In this document: positions 1 to 11,559 of the stretch, piece after piece
Layout: each line of letters begins with the position of its first letter
Position numbering within the stretch: position 1 is the stretch's first letter
Assembly (NCBI GenBank): GCA_902523865.1
Contig: CABZBG010000004.1
Coordinates: forward strand, 11,979-75,978
DNA: 64,000 bases
Source of the DNA: an uncultured Alphaproteobacteria bacterium
Lineage (GTDB): Bacteria; Pseudomonadota; Alphaproteobacteria; HIMB59
Direction of reading: 5' to 3'
The notes under the pieces: model-generated
The model's input: only the letters and a program-made list of their open reading frames with translations
Databases searched by the model: none
Told to the model about the DNA's origin: nothing
Made by a program: the position numbers and the translations under genes

Positions 1-1290
1 ATTAGTGAAGTTCATCAAATTCTGGCCTTAAATGGATTAAGAGATAAAGTCCTTCTTAGAACTGATGGTGGTATAAAAACTGGAAAAGACATTGTGATAG
101 CAGCAATACTAGGAGCAGAGGAATATGGTATTGGTACAGCATCACTTGTTGCAATGGGATGTATTATGGTAAGACAATGTCATTCAAACACTTGTCCAGT
201 AGGTGTTTGTACTCAAGATGAAAAACTCCGTGAAAAATTTGGTGGCACACCTGAAAAAGTTGTTAACTTATTTTCTTTTATTGCAGAAGAGGTTAGAGAA
301 ATACTTGCTTCTTTAGGTTATAAATCTTTAAAAGATATAATCGGAAAAACAGAGCTTTTATCTCAAATTCATTATGGATCTAGTGATTTGGATAATCTAG
401 ACCTAAATCCGATATTAACAAAGATTGATGATGGTAAAATTTATGACTATCATTCTGAAAAAAAACGAAATGAAGTCCCACATACCTTAGATGATCAGTT
501 TGAAAAAGATGGCAAGGACTTTATTAATTCAGGTCAAAAAATTGAATTAACTTACAATATTCAAAACACATTAAGAACAATTGGAACTAAAATTTCTTCT
601 GTAATAACAAGAAAATATGGAATGAATGCCTTGTCTGAAGATCATGTGACACTCAAGCTAAGAGGCTCGGCTGGTCAGTCTTTAGGAGCGTTTGCAGTCA
701 AAGGTCTTACATTAAAAGTTTTTGGTGATGCTAACGACTACGTAGGTAAAGGTCTCTCTGGGGGAAAAATTGTTGTTCAACCAAGAAACTCATTTACTCA
801 ACCAAGTCATGAAAATGTCATTATTGGAAATGTAACTCTCTATGGAGCTACTGATGGAAGATTGTATGCATCTGGTCAAGCTGGAGATAGATTTTGTGTC
901 AGAAACTCTGGCGCTTTAGCTATAGTTGAGGGATGTGGTGCTAATGGATGTGAGTACATGACTGGAGGTTCTGCAATTATTTTGGGAAATATTGGTGATA
1001 ACTTTGGTGCAGGAATGACAGGTGGATCTGCCTTTATTTATTCTGATCAAAAAAATATTTCTGATTTAATGAATATGGAAACTATAAGTTTATATGAAGT
1101 TGATAATCAAGATTGGAAAAACCATCTTCTAGATCTCTTAAAAGATTTCCACAAAGAGACTAAATCTAAAAGAGCTGAGTTTATTATTGAAAATTATGAT
1201 TCTGAAATCAAAAAATTTGCCCATGTAGTACCTGATGAAGTGATTGATAAACTAGAATTTCCTGTTACAAAAAAATCGAAAATAGCTTAA
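1..1290 (+). CDS. gltB: Glutamate synthase large subunit, C-terminal part (5'-truncated by window edge)
   Basis: Frame open from base 1 (ISEVHQ...LRTDGGIKTG). Contains the 3Fe-4S motif CIMVRQCHSNTCPVGVCTQ and GXGXG beta-helix repeats (GSAGQSLGAF, DYVGKGLSGG, CEYMTGG). Confidence 0.97.
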   Translation: MSEVHQILALNGLRDKVLLRTDGGIKTGKDIVIAAILGAEEYGIGTASLVAMGCIMVRQCHSNTCPVGVCTQDEKLREKFGGTPEKVVNLFSFIAEEVREILASLGYKSLKDIIGKTELLSQIHYGSSDLDNLDLNPILTKIDDGKIYDYHSEKKRNEVPHTLDDQFEKDGKDFINSGQKIELTYNIQNTLRTIGTKISSVITRKYGMNALSEDHVTLKLRGSAGQSLGAFAVKGLTLKVFGDANDYVGKGLSGGKIVVQPRNSFTQPSHENVIIGNVTLYGATDGRLYASGQAGDRFCVRNSGALAIVEGCGANGCEYMTGGSAIILGNIGDNFGAGMTGGSAFIYSDQKNISDLMNMETISLYEVDNQDWKNHLLDLLKDFHKETKSKRAEFIIENYDSEIKKFAHVVPDEVIDKLEFPVTKKSKIA

Positions 1291-2012
1291 ATAAATTTAG
1301 ATAGAGTTCTTAAACTTTCTTTATCAGACAAGCCGTGATCAGCATGCTTAATTAGAATATTTTTAAAGTTTTTAAATTTTTTACTCAAATTAAATTTATC
1401 GTTATATCCATATGGTACTGCTTTATCTTGACCCCCATGAAGGAAAATAGTTTCTCCCAAAAAATCACCCTTAATTTTTTCAAGAAGATATTTTTTACTT
1501 CTATTAAATAATGCTGGGGAGTAATAATAAGTAAAATCAGAACTAACTTTTTGTTTTACAATTTTATTTTGTTTTATTTTATTTCTCTGGTGAATATTAA
1601 ATTTTTTCCAAATTAACTTGTCAGTAAAATCAGGTGCAGGAGCAATCCCAATTAGTTTAATAACTTTTTTTGGGTGCATTAAAGCATAAATGATTGCAAC
1701 CCATCCACCCATACTACTTCCTATTAAAATAAAATTTCTTATTTTTAAATATTTAACTATATTATCTAGATCATTATACCAATCACTAATTCCAAAATTT
1801 GTAAACTCGCCACTAGATTTCCCATGACCTTGAAAGTCAAAACATAAATATGAAATATTATTTTTTTTGCAATAATTATTTAAATAATTAGACTTTTTAC
1901 CATTCATGTCTGATAATAAACCATGTAAAAAGATAAGAGTTTTTTTGCTTCTTTTGTAGTATCTATAAGATATTTTAATATTACTTTTTTTAAAAAAGTT
2001 TAGTTTTGACAC
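1287..2012 (-). CDS. Alpha/beta-fold hydrolase
   Basis: FLHG, FDFQGHGKS, nucleophile elbow GSSMGG, HGGQDKAV, ADHGLS. GTG start. Confidence 0.9.
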   Translation of the reverse strand: MSKLNFFKKSNIKISYRYYKRSKKTLIFLHGLLSDMNGKKSNYLNNYCKKNNISYLCFDFQGHGKSSGEFTNFGISDWYNDLDNIVKYLKIRNFILIGSSMGGWVAIIYALMHPKKVIKLIGIAPAPDFTDKLIWKKFNIHQRNKIKQNKIVKQKVSSDFTYYYSPALFNRSKKYLLEKIKGDFLGETIFLHGGQDKAVPYGYNDKFNLSKKFKNFKNILIKHADHGLSDKESLRTLSKFI

Positions 2013-3100
2013 AGATTAAAAATACAAAAAAAATCACTTGTTTACAAATAATACCATCTATGGGTATTGGGGGAGTCGAGACAGGAGTTAGAGATATTGC
2101 TAATTACCTTAATAAAAAAAAAATTGAAAACTATATTTTATGTGAAAGCAATGATAAAAACTTTAACGTTAAAGGATTAAAAATTATAAAAATTGGTAAT
2201 TTAAGATTTAAAAATATATTTGATCAAAATAAAATCAAAATACTTATTAAAAATTTAATTAGAAAGAAAAGAATAAATTTAGTTCACATTTCTTCAAGAG
2301 CACCTGCTTTTTTTCTTATTAATTTTATTAAAAAATTAAATATTAAAGTAGTTACAAGTATTCACAATAAGTATGAGTCCAAGTCTTTGTTAAAAGATTG
2401 GTATAACAGTTTTTTGTTAAAAGGTGACTCAATAATATTTAATTCTAATTTCGTTAAAAAAACATATGAAAATAATTATCCCAAAAAAACTAAAATACAC
2501 GTTATTCCCAGAGGCATAGATATTAACTTTTTTCATCCATCAAAAAAAAAAGTTATTGATAAAAATATTTTTATTCCCTCAAGAATATCAAATTGGAAAG
2601 GACATGAATTATTACTTAATTATTTCTCATTACTGGAGCAAAATTATAGAGATTTATTTAAAATTCATTTAATATCTTCAAATCAAAGCAAAGAAGAAAA
2701 GAAAATACTATTACTCATAAATAAACTTAATTTATCTAAGAATATAATAATTCACAAACCAACTCTAGAAATTAACAAATTATATCAAGATGCTTACTTA
2801 GTTATTAATATCTCTAAAAGACCTGAGGGTTTTGGGAGAACTATCTCTGAAGCTTTATCATCAGCTAAAACTATTATTGCTCCTAATCAAGGAGGTACTA
2901 AAGAACAACTTTTTAATTTTGATAGAAAACTATTATTCAATGTAAATTCATTTAATTCTTTTAAAAAAACTTTTAAATATGCCTTAAAAAATTATCAATC
3001 AATTTCTAAAAAAGGAAGATCTTATGTCAAAAAAAATTACTCATCTGATCTGATGTGTAAAAAAACTTTAGAGGCTTATAATAATTTAGTAAATACATGA
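2006..3100 (+). CDS. Glycosyltransferase family 4 (GT-B)
   Basis: N-terminal QIIPSMGIGGVE, HISSRAPA, SRISNWKG, PEGFGRTISEA (EX7E motif). TTG start. Confidence 0.9.
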   Translation: MTQIKNTKKITCLQIIPSMGIGGVETGVRDIANYLNKKKIENYILCESNDKNFNVKGLKIIKIGNLRFKNIFDQNKIKILIKNLIRKKRINLVHISSRAPAFFLINFIKKLNIKVVTSIHNKYESKSLLKDWYNSFLLKGDSIIFNSNFVKKTYENNYPKKTKIHVIPRGIDINFFHPSKKKVIDKNIFIPSRISNWKGHELLLNYFSLLEQNYRDLFKIHLISSNQSKEEKKILLLINKLNLSKNIIIHKPTLEINKLYQDAYLVINISKRPEGFGRTISEALSSAKTIIAPNQGGTKEQLFNFDRKLLFNVNSFNSFKKTFKYALKNYQSISKKGRSYVKKNYSSDLMCKKTLEAYNNLVNT

Positions 3101-4005
3101 ATATTTTAATAATCAAACATGGGTCCTTGGGAGACTTAATTGTTTCGTTTGGAGCTATGAAAACATTAAGAGTAAATTATCCAAATTCCAATATCTATCT
3201 ACTTACACAGTCTAATTATAAAAAAACTTTTAAAAATTTACCTTATGTAAATAAAATTTGTATTGATAATAGATTGGCAATCTTTTCATCAGTAAAAAAT
3301 CTTTTGAGAATGGTTAAAGAAAAAAAAATTAATCTGGTAATTGATTTACAAAACTCAACTAGAACTGAAATATACAATTTTTTTTTAAAAATATTTACTA
3401 AATGTAAAATTTTATCTGCAAGGAAATTTTCAAGTTATAAATATAAGCAAAAAAAACTTGGCATCCAGCACATCTCAAAAAATCATCAAGAGCAATTAAA
3501 ACAATTGGGTATAAATCATTTCTTACAGCCTGATTTAAATTGGATGCTCAAAGATGATATAAAAGCTTCAAAAAAAGTTATTTTTATACCAGGTGCATCA
3601 AAATCTGGTGAATATAAAAAATGGCCTTCAGATAAATTTGCCCAAGTTGCTAAATATTTAGTACTTAGAAAATATGAAATTTATTTGACAGGTTCTGATT
3701 TGGATTTAAATACAATAAATGAAATTATTAAATTGTGTCCTGAGTCTATGAATAAAATTAATGAGTCCAAGATAGAGGATTTTTATCAATTATGCATGAC
3801 ATCTGTGTTAATTTTAACTAACGATACTGGGCCAGCTCATATTGCTGGTCTTACAAATAAAAATGTAATATGGATAGCAAATGATAATGACATTTCGAGG
3901 TCGTGCTATCCTCTTGGAGATAATGTGCATAAAATTACATCATCTAACGTAAAAAATATCAGTGTGGACACTATTACTAATAAAATAGAACAAATATTAA
4001 TATAA
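3097..4005 (+). CDS. Glycosyltransferase family 9 (LPS heptosyltransferase-like)
   Basis: ILIIKHGSLGD, IDLQ, IPGAS...KKWP, TNDTGPAHIA. Confidence 0.9.
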   Translation: MNILIIKHGSLGDLIVSFGAMKTLRVNYPNSNIYLLTQSNYKKTFKNLPYVNKICIDNRLAIFSSVKNLLRMVKEKKINLVIDLQNSTRTEIYNFFLKIFTKCKILSARKFSSYKYKQKKLGIQHISKNHQEQLKQLGINHFLQPDLNWMLKDDIKASKKVIFIPGASKSGEYKKWPSDKFAQVAKYLVLRKYEIYLTGSDLDLNTINEIIKLCPESMNKINESKIEDFYQLCMTSVLILTNDTGPAHIAGLTNKNVIWIANDNDISRSCYPLGDNVHKITSSNVKNISVDTITNKIEQILI

Positions 4006-4116
4006 TTTATATTTACAATTGATTTATCTTTGCTAATAATCCTAAGATGATTTTATTTAAGCAATCCTTAGGATATTTATAATTGCAAACTTCCTTATCT
4101 ATTATTTCCATATAAT

Positions 4117-4665
4117 ATTTTGAATAGACCTTTTCAAAGAAACAACAATTTTCGTGGCAAAAGAGATCTTCATAAGATAAATAATTTTATATCTGCGGCT
4201 GATGTAAGAGTAATTCTAGATGATGGTGAGCAATTGGGAGTTATGAAAAAAAATGAAGCTATTGACATTGCTAAAGGCAGAGGTATGGATTTAGTTGAAA
4301 TTGCTCCAAATAACAATCCTCCAGTTTGTAAAATAGTAGACTACGGAAAATTTAAGTACCAAGAACAAAAGAAGAAAAATGAAGCAAAAAAGAAACAAAA
4401 AGTAATTGAAACTAAAGAACTTAAGATTAGACCAGGCACTGGTGAACATGACTATCAAGTAAAAATAAGAAATGCACAGAAATTTATAAAAGAGGGAAAT
4501 AGAGTTAAATTTAGTTTGAGATTTAAGGGTAGGGAAATGGAACATTCTAATTTGGGTATCGATATGCTTAAAAGGGTTAAAACAGACCTTGGTGAACTTA
4601 TTAGAGTAGAAATGGAACCTAAAATTGAGGGAAGACAAGCTTTCCTCGTTGTTGCACCTAAATAA
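4117..4665 (+). CDS. infC: Translation initiation factor IF-3 (non-AUG start: ATT at 4117 or TTG at 4120)
   Basis: DLVEIAPNNNPPVCKIVDYGKFKY, KELKIRP, LRFKGRE. No in-frame ATG between the upstream stop (4069-4071) and the conserved N-domain. Sits upstream of rpmI-rplT. Confidence 0.96.
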   Translation: MLNRPFQRNNNFRGKRDLHKINNFISAADVRVILDDGEQLGVMKKNEAIDIAKGRGMDLVEIAPNNNPPVCKIVDYGKFKYQEQKKKNEAKKKQKVIETKELKIRPGTGEHDYQVKIRNAQKFIKEGNRVKFSLRFKGREMEHSNLGIDMLKRVKTDLGELIRVEMEPKIEGRQAFLVVAPK

Positions 4666-4689
4666 ATTTTATGATATTTAATTGACCTC

Positions 4690-4741
4690 AACTGGTCGAA
4701 CAGGCTTTTAAATAAGGGTATGCCTTAAGACCTAATTAGTT
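4690..4741 (+). promoter_or_regulatory. Candidate structured rpmI leader (possible L20 autoregulatory element)
   Basis: Nested complementary blocks AACT/AGTT, GGTC/GACC, AGGC/GCCT in a GC-enriched 94-nt spacer, ending just before the SD GGAG (4751-4754). Confidence 0.4.
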
Positions 4742-4759
4742 CACTCAAAAGGAGATAAA

Positions 4760-4960
4760 ATGCCCAAACTGAAAACAAAAAGTAGCGTTAAAAAACGCTT
4801 TAAAACTTCCTCTTCAGGAAAACTAGTGGTCGGAAGCGTTGGTAAACGCCATGGCATGTCCAAAAGAACGAATTCTTTTATCAGAAATTCTAAAGGTACA
4901 AGAGTCTTATCAAAGTCTGCATCAATAATAATTGAATCAATGATGCCGTATTCCAAATAG
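4760..4960 (+). CDS. rpmI: 50S ribosomal protein L35
   Basis: [16 protein letters not shown]-terminal MPY, SD GGAG, synteny. Confidence 0.97.
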   Translation: MPKLKTKSSVKKRFKTSSSGKLVVGSVGKRHGMSKRTNSFIRNSKGTRVLSKSASIIIESMMPYSK

Positions 4961-4976
4961 GTAAAGGAGATATAAT

Positions 4977-5336
4977 ATGCCAAGAGTTAAAAGAGGAGTT
5001 ACAGCAAGAGCAAAACATAAAAAAGTTTTTGAATTTACAAAAGGTCATCGCGGTCGGAGAAAAAATGTTTACCGTGTAGCTACACAAAGCATGGATAAAG
5101 CCCTCCAATATGCTTACCGCGATAGAAGAAATAAAAAAAGAGATTTTAGAGGACTCTGGATACAAAGAATTAATGCTGGTGTTAGAGAACATGGGCTCAC
5201 ATATGCCAAGTTTATTGATGGATTAAAAAAAGCAAATATTGAAATCAATAGAAAAATTCTATCTGAAATTGCATTTCATGAACCAGCTGCGTTTAAAACA
5301 ATAGTTGAGAAAGCTAAGGCTAATATAGCCAGTTAA
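4977..5336 (+). CDS. rplT: 50S ribosomal protein L20
   Basis: [34 protein letters not shown]. Confidence 0.98.
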   Translation: MPRVKRGVTARAKHKKVFEFTKGHRGRRKNVYRVATQSMDKALQYAYRDRRNKKRDFRGLWIQRINAGVREHGLTYAKFIDGLKKANIEINRKILSEIAFHEPAAFKTIVEKAKANIAS

Positions 5337-5344
5337 AAATTAAA

Positions 5345-6394
5345 ATGGACATTAAAAAAGTCCTTAGTGAAGCTACAAAAGAAATAGAGGAAAGCTCTGA
5401 TCAACTTGATTTACAAAATGTTAAAGTAGCTTATTTGGGAAAAAAAGGAAAAATTACAGAGTTACTTAAAAGTCTAAAAGACTTATCACTAGACGAAAAA
5501 AAATCTATAGGCGCTGAATTAAATCAACTACGAAGTGAGGTTGATAATCTCATTAAGAGTAAATTTAATCAGATAAAAGTTGATGAAATTAACTCTAAGT
5601 TAAGAAATGAATCCTTAGATTTTAGTTTTCCCCCACCAAATTTAATTTCCCCAAAGGCTCATCCAATATCAAAAACATTTGATGAGGTTATAACGATTTT
5701 TGGATCACTGGGTTACTCAGTTGCCGAAGGCCCAGACATTGAGACTGATTATTTTAATTTTTCCGCATTAAATATTCCTGAAAACCATCCTGCCCGTGAA
5801 ATGCAAGACACATTTTATATTGACGATAAGGATAAAGATGGAAAACCCTACGTTTTGCGAACACATACAAGTCCAGTTCAAATCAGAACTTTACTAAATG
5901 AAAAACCTCCAGTTAAAATAATAGCTCCTGGAAGAACTTATAGGTGTGACTCAGACTCAACGCACTCTCCTATGTTTCATCAGGTTGAGGGATTGTTTAT
6001 TAATGAAAATGCAAACATGGGTGATTTAAAAGGAACCCTGATTGAATTCTGTAAACAATTTTTTAATGTGCAGGATTTAAAAGTTAGGTTTAGACCTAGT
6101 TATTTTCCTTTTACAGAACCGTCTGCAGAAATGGATATCGCCTATGAGATAGTTAACAACAAGATTAAATTAGGTCAAGGTGATCGTTGGCTTGAGATTC
6201 TTGGATGTGGAATGGTAAATCCTATAGTTTTAGAAAATTGCAATGTTGATACAAAAAATTTTCAAGGTTTTGCATTCGGAATGGGCTTAGATAGAATTAC
6301 AATGTTAAAATACGGCCTAACTGACATAAGATCATTTTTTAGTGGAAACTTAAATTGGATTGCTAATAACGGTTTTAGCATAGGAGATTTTTAG
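5345..6394 (+). CDS. pheS: Phenylalanine-tRNA ligase alpha subunit
   Basis: HPAREMQDTF, LRTHTSPVQIR, FHQVEG, RPSYFPFTEPS, GFAFGMG. Confidence 0.98.
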   Translation: MDIKKVLSEATKEIEESSDQLDLQNVKVAYLGKKGKITELLKSLKDLSLDEKKSIGAELNQLRSEVDNLIKSKFNQIKVDEINSKLRNESLDFSFPPPNLISPKAHPISKTFDEVITIFGSLGYSVAEGPDIETDYFNFSALNIPENHPAREMQDTFYIDDKDKDGKPYVLRTHTSPVQIRTLLNEKPPVKIIAPGRTYRCDSDSTHSPMFHQVEGLFINENANMGDLKGTLIEFCKQFFNVQDLKVRFRPSYFPFTEPSAEMDIAYEIVNNKIKLGQGDRWLEILGCGMVNPIVLENCNVDTKNFQGFAFGMGLDRITMLKYGLTDIRSFFSGNLNWIANNGFSIGDF

Positions 6395-8787
6395 TGAAGT
6401 TTAGTTATAGTTGGTTGTGTGAACATTTAGAGACAGATAAAAATGCAACTGAAATTGGTGACGCTCTCACAAATATAGGCCTTGAACTGGAGAGTTTAAG
6501 TGACTATTCCTCATACTCAAAATTTGTTGTCGCAACAATTAAAGATTTTAAAAAACATCCTAACGCAGATAGATTAAACATTTGTAAAGTTGATGACGGA
6601 GCTGATACTTATCAAGTAATTTGTGGTGCAAATAATGTTAAGAAGGGATTAAAAGGAATATTTGCTAAAGAAGGAATGTATATTCCGGGAACACAAATAC
6701 ATTTAAAAAAAGGCAGGATTCGAGGTGAAACATCTGAAGGAATGCTTTTATCAGAGAGAGAACTTAATTTGAGTGATGATCACGAAGGTATTATCGAGCT
6801 GTCAGAGAATTTTAAAAATGGTACCTCTGCAGTAGAAGCACTTAAACTAGATGATCCTATTTTTGAGATAGGCATTACACCTAACAGAGGAGATTGTCTT
6901 AGTATCAGAGGAGTTGCCAGAGATCTTTCTGCAAAAGGTATGGGAAAACTTAAGCCATTAAAATACGAAAAAATAAAAAAATTAGAATTTGAAAGCCCAA
7001 TTAGTTGGAGTATCAAAAATGATGACAACAGCTGTGAGTATGTCGTTAGTAGATACTTTAAAGATGTAAATAATACAAAGTCTCCAGAATGGTTGCAAAA
7101 GAAATTAATTAGCCTCGGACTAAGACCAATCAATGCATTAGTTGATATAACAAATTTTATTACTGTCGATATAGGTAGACCTTTGCATGTATTTGATGCA
7201 GATAAAGTTGGAAAAAAACTTGATATGAGACTTGCAAACTCTAATGAAAAAATTCTTGCATTGGATAATAAAGATTACACCTTGGACGTTAACTCAACCG
7301 TAATTGCTGATAGTAATAATGCTCTCGCGATTGCGGGGATTATTGGAGGGGATCACAGTGGATGCACAGAAAATACCAAAAATGTGTTTCTAGAAGTAGC
7401 TATATTTAATCCAAATAGTGTGGCAAAAACAGGGAGATCTCTTGGAATTAATTCTGATGCCAGGTACCGCTTTGAAAGAGGTTTAGATAAAAATATGGTC
7501 CTTGAAGGTTTAGAATATGCATCTTACCTGATAAACAAAATTTGTGGAGGATCTGTTAGTAAAAATACAGATGCTGGAAAATTAGACACTAATGAACACA
7601 AAATAAAATATGACTTTAATTATTTTAATAAGGTAATTGGTTTAGATTTAGAACCACAAATACAAGTCAAAATCTTAAAAGACTTAGAATTTCAAATTAA
7701 TGAGAGAAGTGATAATGATTGCGATGTACTGGTACCATCATGGAGAAATGATGTTAAAAATAATATTGATATCGTTGAGGAAATTATAAGAATTTATGGA
7801 TACGATAATATCAATGTAAGTGTACCCTCCTCATCAAAAGATGAGATTAATAATGTTGAAAATTCATTAGTTAATAAAAAATTTAAAACAATATCGAAAC
7901 TTAAAAAAACCTTAGTATCTAATGGAATCTCAGAAGTTATAACTTTCTCTTTTCACTCAAACAGAGCTCAAGAAATCCTCACAGGTGATACATCTTTAAA
8001 AATTTCTAATGCAATTAGTGACGATCAATCTTTCATGAGAAATTCAATGATTTTTAATCATTTAGAAAGTGCAGAGTTAAATTTTAAAAAAGGAATAAAA
8101 AATATTCAATTATTTGAAATTGGACCTATTTATAATTCATCTCAATCTCAAGAGAATATTCTATCTTTACTTGTATCATCTCAAGATGACACAAACTCAA
8201 TTTATAAATCTGTAAATTTTAACTTTTACTCTTTAACAGAACTCGCATCAAAATTAATTAGTTCATTAAACTTTGATATAAAACAGTTTAATATTTCAAG
8301 ATCAACTTCAAATATCTATCACCCAGGACAATCTGCAGAGGTTCATATGGGAAAAAAATTAATAGCTAGATATGGAAAAGTTCACCCTTTAATTATGGAA
8401 GAATTTCCTAAACTTAAAAATACCTATGCAATTGAGTTGTTTTTTGAAAATCTCCCAATAGAGACTATATCTAGAATTAATTCTATCAATATCTCAGACT
8501 CTCAATTTCAGTTCAGTGAAAAAGACTTTTCATTTATATTTGAAAAACAACAAAACCTCTATGAAGTACAAAGATATGTCACAGGTATAGATAAAAACTT
8601 AATCAAGAATGTGGAATTCTTTGACCTCTATGAATCAAAAGATTTAGGAGATAGTAGTAAAAGTGTGACATTCAGAGTTACTATTCAATCGAAAGAAAAA
8701 ACTCTCGAAGAAAAAGACTTAGAACAGCTTCATAAAAATATTTTAGAAAAAGTATCTAATAAATTTAAAGCAAAAATCAGAACTTAA
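6394..8787 (+). CDS. pheT: Phenylalanine-tRNA ligase beta subunit
   Basis: [29 protein letters not shown]-terminal FDX-ACB domain. Confidence 0.97.
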   Translation: MKFSYSWLCEHLETDKNATEIGDALTNIGLELESLSDYSSYSKFVVATIKDFKKHPNADRLNICKVDDGADTYQVICGANNVKKGLKGIFAKEGMYIPGTQIHLKKGRIRGETSEGMLLSERELNLSDDHEGIIELSENFKNGTSAVEALKLDDPIFEIGITPNRGDCLSIRGVARDLSAKGMGKLKPLKYEKIKKLEFESPISWSIKNDDNSCEYVVSRYFKDVNNTKSPEWLQKKLISLGLRPINALVDITNFITVDIGRPLHVFDADKVGKKLDMRLANSNEKILALDNKDYTLDVNSTVIADSNNALAIAGIIGGDHSGCTENTKNVFLEVAIFNPNSVAKTGRSLGINSDARYRFERGLDKNMVLEGLEYASYLINKICGGSVSKNTDAGKLDTNEHKIKYDFNYFNKVIGLDLEPQIQVKILKDLEFQINERSDNDCDVLVPSWRNDVKNNIDIVEEIIRIYGYDNINVSVPSSSKDEINNVENSLVNKKFKTISKLKKTLVSNGISEVITFSFHSNRAQEILTGDTSLKISNAISDDQSFMRNSMIFNHLESAELNFKKGIKNIQLFEIGPIYNSSQSQENILSLLVSSQDDTNSIYKSVNFNFYSLTELASKLISSLNFDIKQFNISRSTSNIYHPGQSAEVHMGKKLIARYGKVHPLIMEEFPKLKNTYAIELFFENLPIETISRINSINISDSQFQFSEKDFSFIFEKQQNLYEVQRYVTGIDKNLIKNVEFFDLYESKDLGDSSKSVTFRVTIQSKEKTLEEKDLEQLHKNILEKVSNKFKAKIRT

Positions 8788-10586
8788 TGGAAATTTCTAA
8801 AATAAGAAATTTTTCAATTATAGCCCATATTGATCATGGTAAATCTACTTTAGCAGATAGGATTATTGAAATTTGCGGAGGTATGGATGACAGAACTAAA
8901 AAAGACCAAGTCCTTGACTCAATGGAGATTGAAAGAGAAAGAGGTATCACTATAAAAGCACAAACTGTTAGATTGAATTATAAAAACAAAAATGGAGATG
9001 AATATCAGCTAAATATTCTTGATACACCTGGCCATGTAGATTTTTCTTATGAGGTTTCAAGATCGTTATCTGCATGTGAGGGCTCAGTTCTTGTAGTTGA
9101 TAGTACGCAAGGTGTTGAGGCCCAAACACTTGCAAATGCTTATCAAGCAATTGATGTCAATCATGAAATACTCCCAGTCCTTAATAAAGCTGACCTTCCT
9201 GCCTCTGAACCTGAGAGAGTAAAAGAAGATATTGAGCAAACAATTGGAATAGATACTTCAGAAGCCCACCTGGTCTCTGCAAAAACAGGATTAGGTGTCG
9301 AAGGTTTATTGGAGCAAATTATTGAAAAACTCCCAGCTCCAAATACCAATGAAAAGAATCTAAAAGCTCTGTTAGTTGATAGTTGGTACGATAATTATTT
9401 AGGAGTGACTGTTTTAGTCAGAATTCTTGATGGTGTTATGAAAAAAGGAATGAAGGTTAAGTTTCTATCTAATAATCAACAGTACAATATAGATAGAATT
9501 GGATATTTTAGTCCAGAAATTAATTATTGTAACGAACTTGGTCCTGGAGAAATAGGTTTTATCAATGCAAGTATAAAGTCAGTTGCTGATTGTAAAGTTG
9601 GAGACACAATTGCTGAATTAAATGACCAAAAAATTAAACCCCTTCCTGGATTTAAGCCCTCTTTGCCAGTTGTATTTTGTGGAATCTATCCTGTAGACAC
9701 ATCAGATTATGAAAGGTTAAAAGAAAGTTTTGAAAAATTGGCTTTAAATGACTCTAGTTTCACTTATGAAAATGAAACTAGTGCTGCATTAGGATATGGT
9801 TTTAGATGTGGCTTTCTAGGGTTACTTCACTTAGAGGTAACTTCAGAAAGACTGAGAAGAGAATTTGATTTAGATTTAATTACTACCGCTCCTGGTGTTG
9901 TCTATAAAGTAATAGATAGAAACAAAAATGAATTTGTTATAAGGAATCCATCAGAACTTCCTGATCCTGCGGAAATTGATCAAATTTTAGAACCATGGGT
10001 TAAATCAACAATCATTGTTCCCCAAGATTATTTAGGAACTGTTATAAATCTTTGTATTGAAAAAAGAGGTAAACAAAAAAACTTAAATATCCAAAATAAC
10101 AGAGCAATTTTAGAAATGGAGCTTCCATTAAATGAGATTGTGATAGATTTTTACGATAAATTAAAATCTTACTCTAAAGGCTATGCTAGTTTTGATTACC
10201 AAGTTTATGATTATTTCCAAGGCGATTTAGTAAAACTAAATATTCTTGTTAATTCAGAGACTGTTGATGCATTCTCAAATATTGTTCATAAAACTAGAGC
10301 TGAAACTATTGGTAGAAGAATATGCAATAAATTGAAAGATCTAATACCAAGACAAAACTTCCAAATTCCCATTCAAGCCGCAATCTATGGAAAAATTATT
10401 GCAAGAGAGACCATTAAAGCCTTTAGAAAAGATGTAACCGCAAAGCTTTATGGTGGAGATGTGAGTAGAAAGAAAAAACTTTTAGAAAAACAAAAAAAAG
10501 GAAAGAAAAGAATGAAGCAATTTGGTAACGTTGAAATTCCACAAACTGCTTTCTTTGAGGCTTTAAAAATAGGTGATCAAGATTAA
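8787..10586 (+). CDS. lepA: Elongation factor 4 (LepA)
   Basis: [55 protein letters not shown]. Confidence 0.98.
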   Translation: MEISKIRNFSIIAHIDHGKSTLADRIIEICGGMDDRTKKDQVLDSMEIERERGITIKAQTVRLNYKNKNGDEYQLNILDTPGHVDFSYEVSRSLSACEGSVLVVDSTQGVEAQTLANAYQAIDVNHEILPVLNKADLPASEPERVKEDIEQTIGIDTSEAHLVSAKTGLGVEGLLEQIIEKLPAPNTNEKNLKALLVDSWYDNYLGVTVLVRILDGVMKKGMKVKFLSNNQQYNIDRIGYFSPEINYCNELGPGEIGFINASIKSVADCKVGDTIAELNDQKIKPLPGFKPSLPVVFCGIYPVDTSDYERLKESFEKLALNDSSFTYENETSAALGYGFRCGFLGLLHLEVTSERLRREFDLDLITTAPGVVYKVIDRNKNEFVIRNPSELPDPAEIDQILEPWVKSTIIVPQDYLGTVINLCIEKRGKQKNLNIQNNRAILEMELPLNEIVIDFYDKLKSYSKGYASFDYQVYDYFQGDLVKLNILVNSETVDAFSNIVHKTRAETIGRRICNKLKDLIPRQNFQIPIQAAIYGKIIARETIKAFRKDVTAKLYGGDVSRKKKLLEKQKKGKKRMKQFGNVEIPQTAFFEALKIGDQD

Positions 10587-11559
10587 ATATTCAAAAAAAA
10601 AAATATTAGTAATAGGGGGTGCAGGTTATATAGGAAGAAAGTTCTGTCAACTTTTTTGTAAAAAGTATTCGATCGATGTTATTGATAACTTTTGGTTTTC
10701 AAAAAAAAAAATACCCAATGTAAATATATTCAATATTGATATTCATAAATACAACTACAATAATTTAATAAAAAAAAATTATCATTCAGTACTCATTCTT
10801 TCAGGATTATCTAATGACCCTATGGCAAACTTAAGTCCAGATTTAAATTTTAAAAATAATAACTATGCAATATCTAACTTATTATTTTCATTATCAAAAT
10901 CTAAAATAAAAAAAATAATATTTGGTTCATCATGTTCTGTTTACGGTAATACCAAAGGAAAAATAGCCACTGAAAAAACAGATATTAACGTTGAATACCC
11001 ATATGGAATTTCAAAATATTTAATGGATATGTTTATTGAGGTATTGAATAAATCAAATAACTCTCCCTCATTTTATTCTCTTAGACAGGGCACAGTTTGT
11101 GGTTTTGGACCAAGGATGAGATTTGATCTAGTAGTAAATAAAATGATAAAAGATGCAATACTGTATAAAAAAATTCACACAGTAGACAAAAATATATGGA
11201 GACCTATTCTAGATATTAGTGATGCTTGTACCGTATATGATAAAATAATAAATCATAAAATTCCTAAAGGTATTTATAATGTTTATTCATATAATATAAC
11301 AGTTGACCAAATAGCAGAAAAAATTAAGCATTTTTTATCTACAAAAGGGTTATTCGTAAAAATTGTAAAAAACAACAAAATAAAAGAAAAAAGAAACTAT
11401 AAAGTAAGTAGAAAGAAAATTGAAAAATATATTAAATTTAAATTTAAAACTATTGATGACACTATATCTGATATCTATAGTAATATAATTAATTTGAAAG
11501 ATCTTGAGTCAGAAAAATACTTAAACATTTATCATTTTAAAAAAAAATTTAAGATATGA
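10573..11559 (+). CDS. NAD-dependent epimerase/dehydratase (extended SDR, nucleotide-sugar)
   Basis: [19 protein letters not shown] (YxxxK), RMRFDLVVN. Confidence 0.88.
   Translation: MIKIKYSKKKILVIGGAGYIGRKFCQLFCKKYSIDVIDNFWFSKKKIPNVNIFNIDIHKYNYNNLIKKNYHSVLILSGLSNDPMANLSPDLNFKNNNYAISNLLFSLSKSKIKKIIFGSSCSVYGNTKGKIATEKTDINVEYPYGISKYLMDMFIEVLNKSNNSPSFYSLRQGTVCGFGPRMRFDLVVNKMIKDAILYKKIHTVDKNIWRPILDISDACTVYDKIINHKIPKGIYNVYSYNITVDQIAEKIKHFLSTKGLFVKIVKNNKIKEKRNYKVSRKKIEKYIKFKFKTIDDTISDIYSNIINLKDLESEKYLNIYHFKKKFKI

Noticed and set aside
4083-4116. TTGCAA...TATAAT as the infC promoter
   Set aside because: The spacer is 22 nt, and the -10 would place the transcription start inside the coding sequence.
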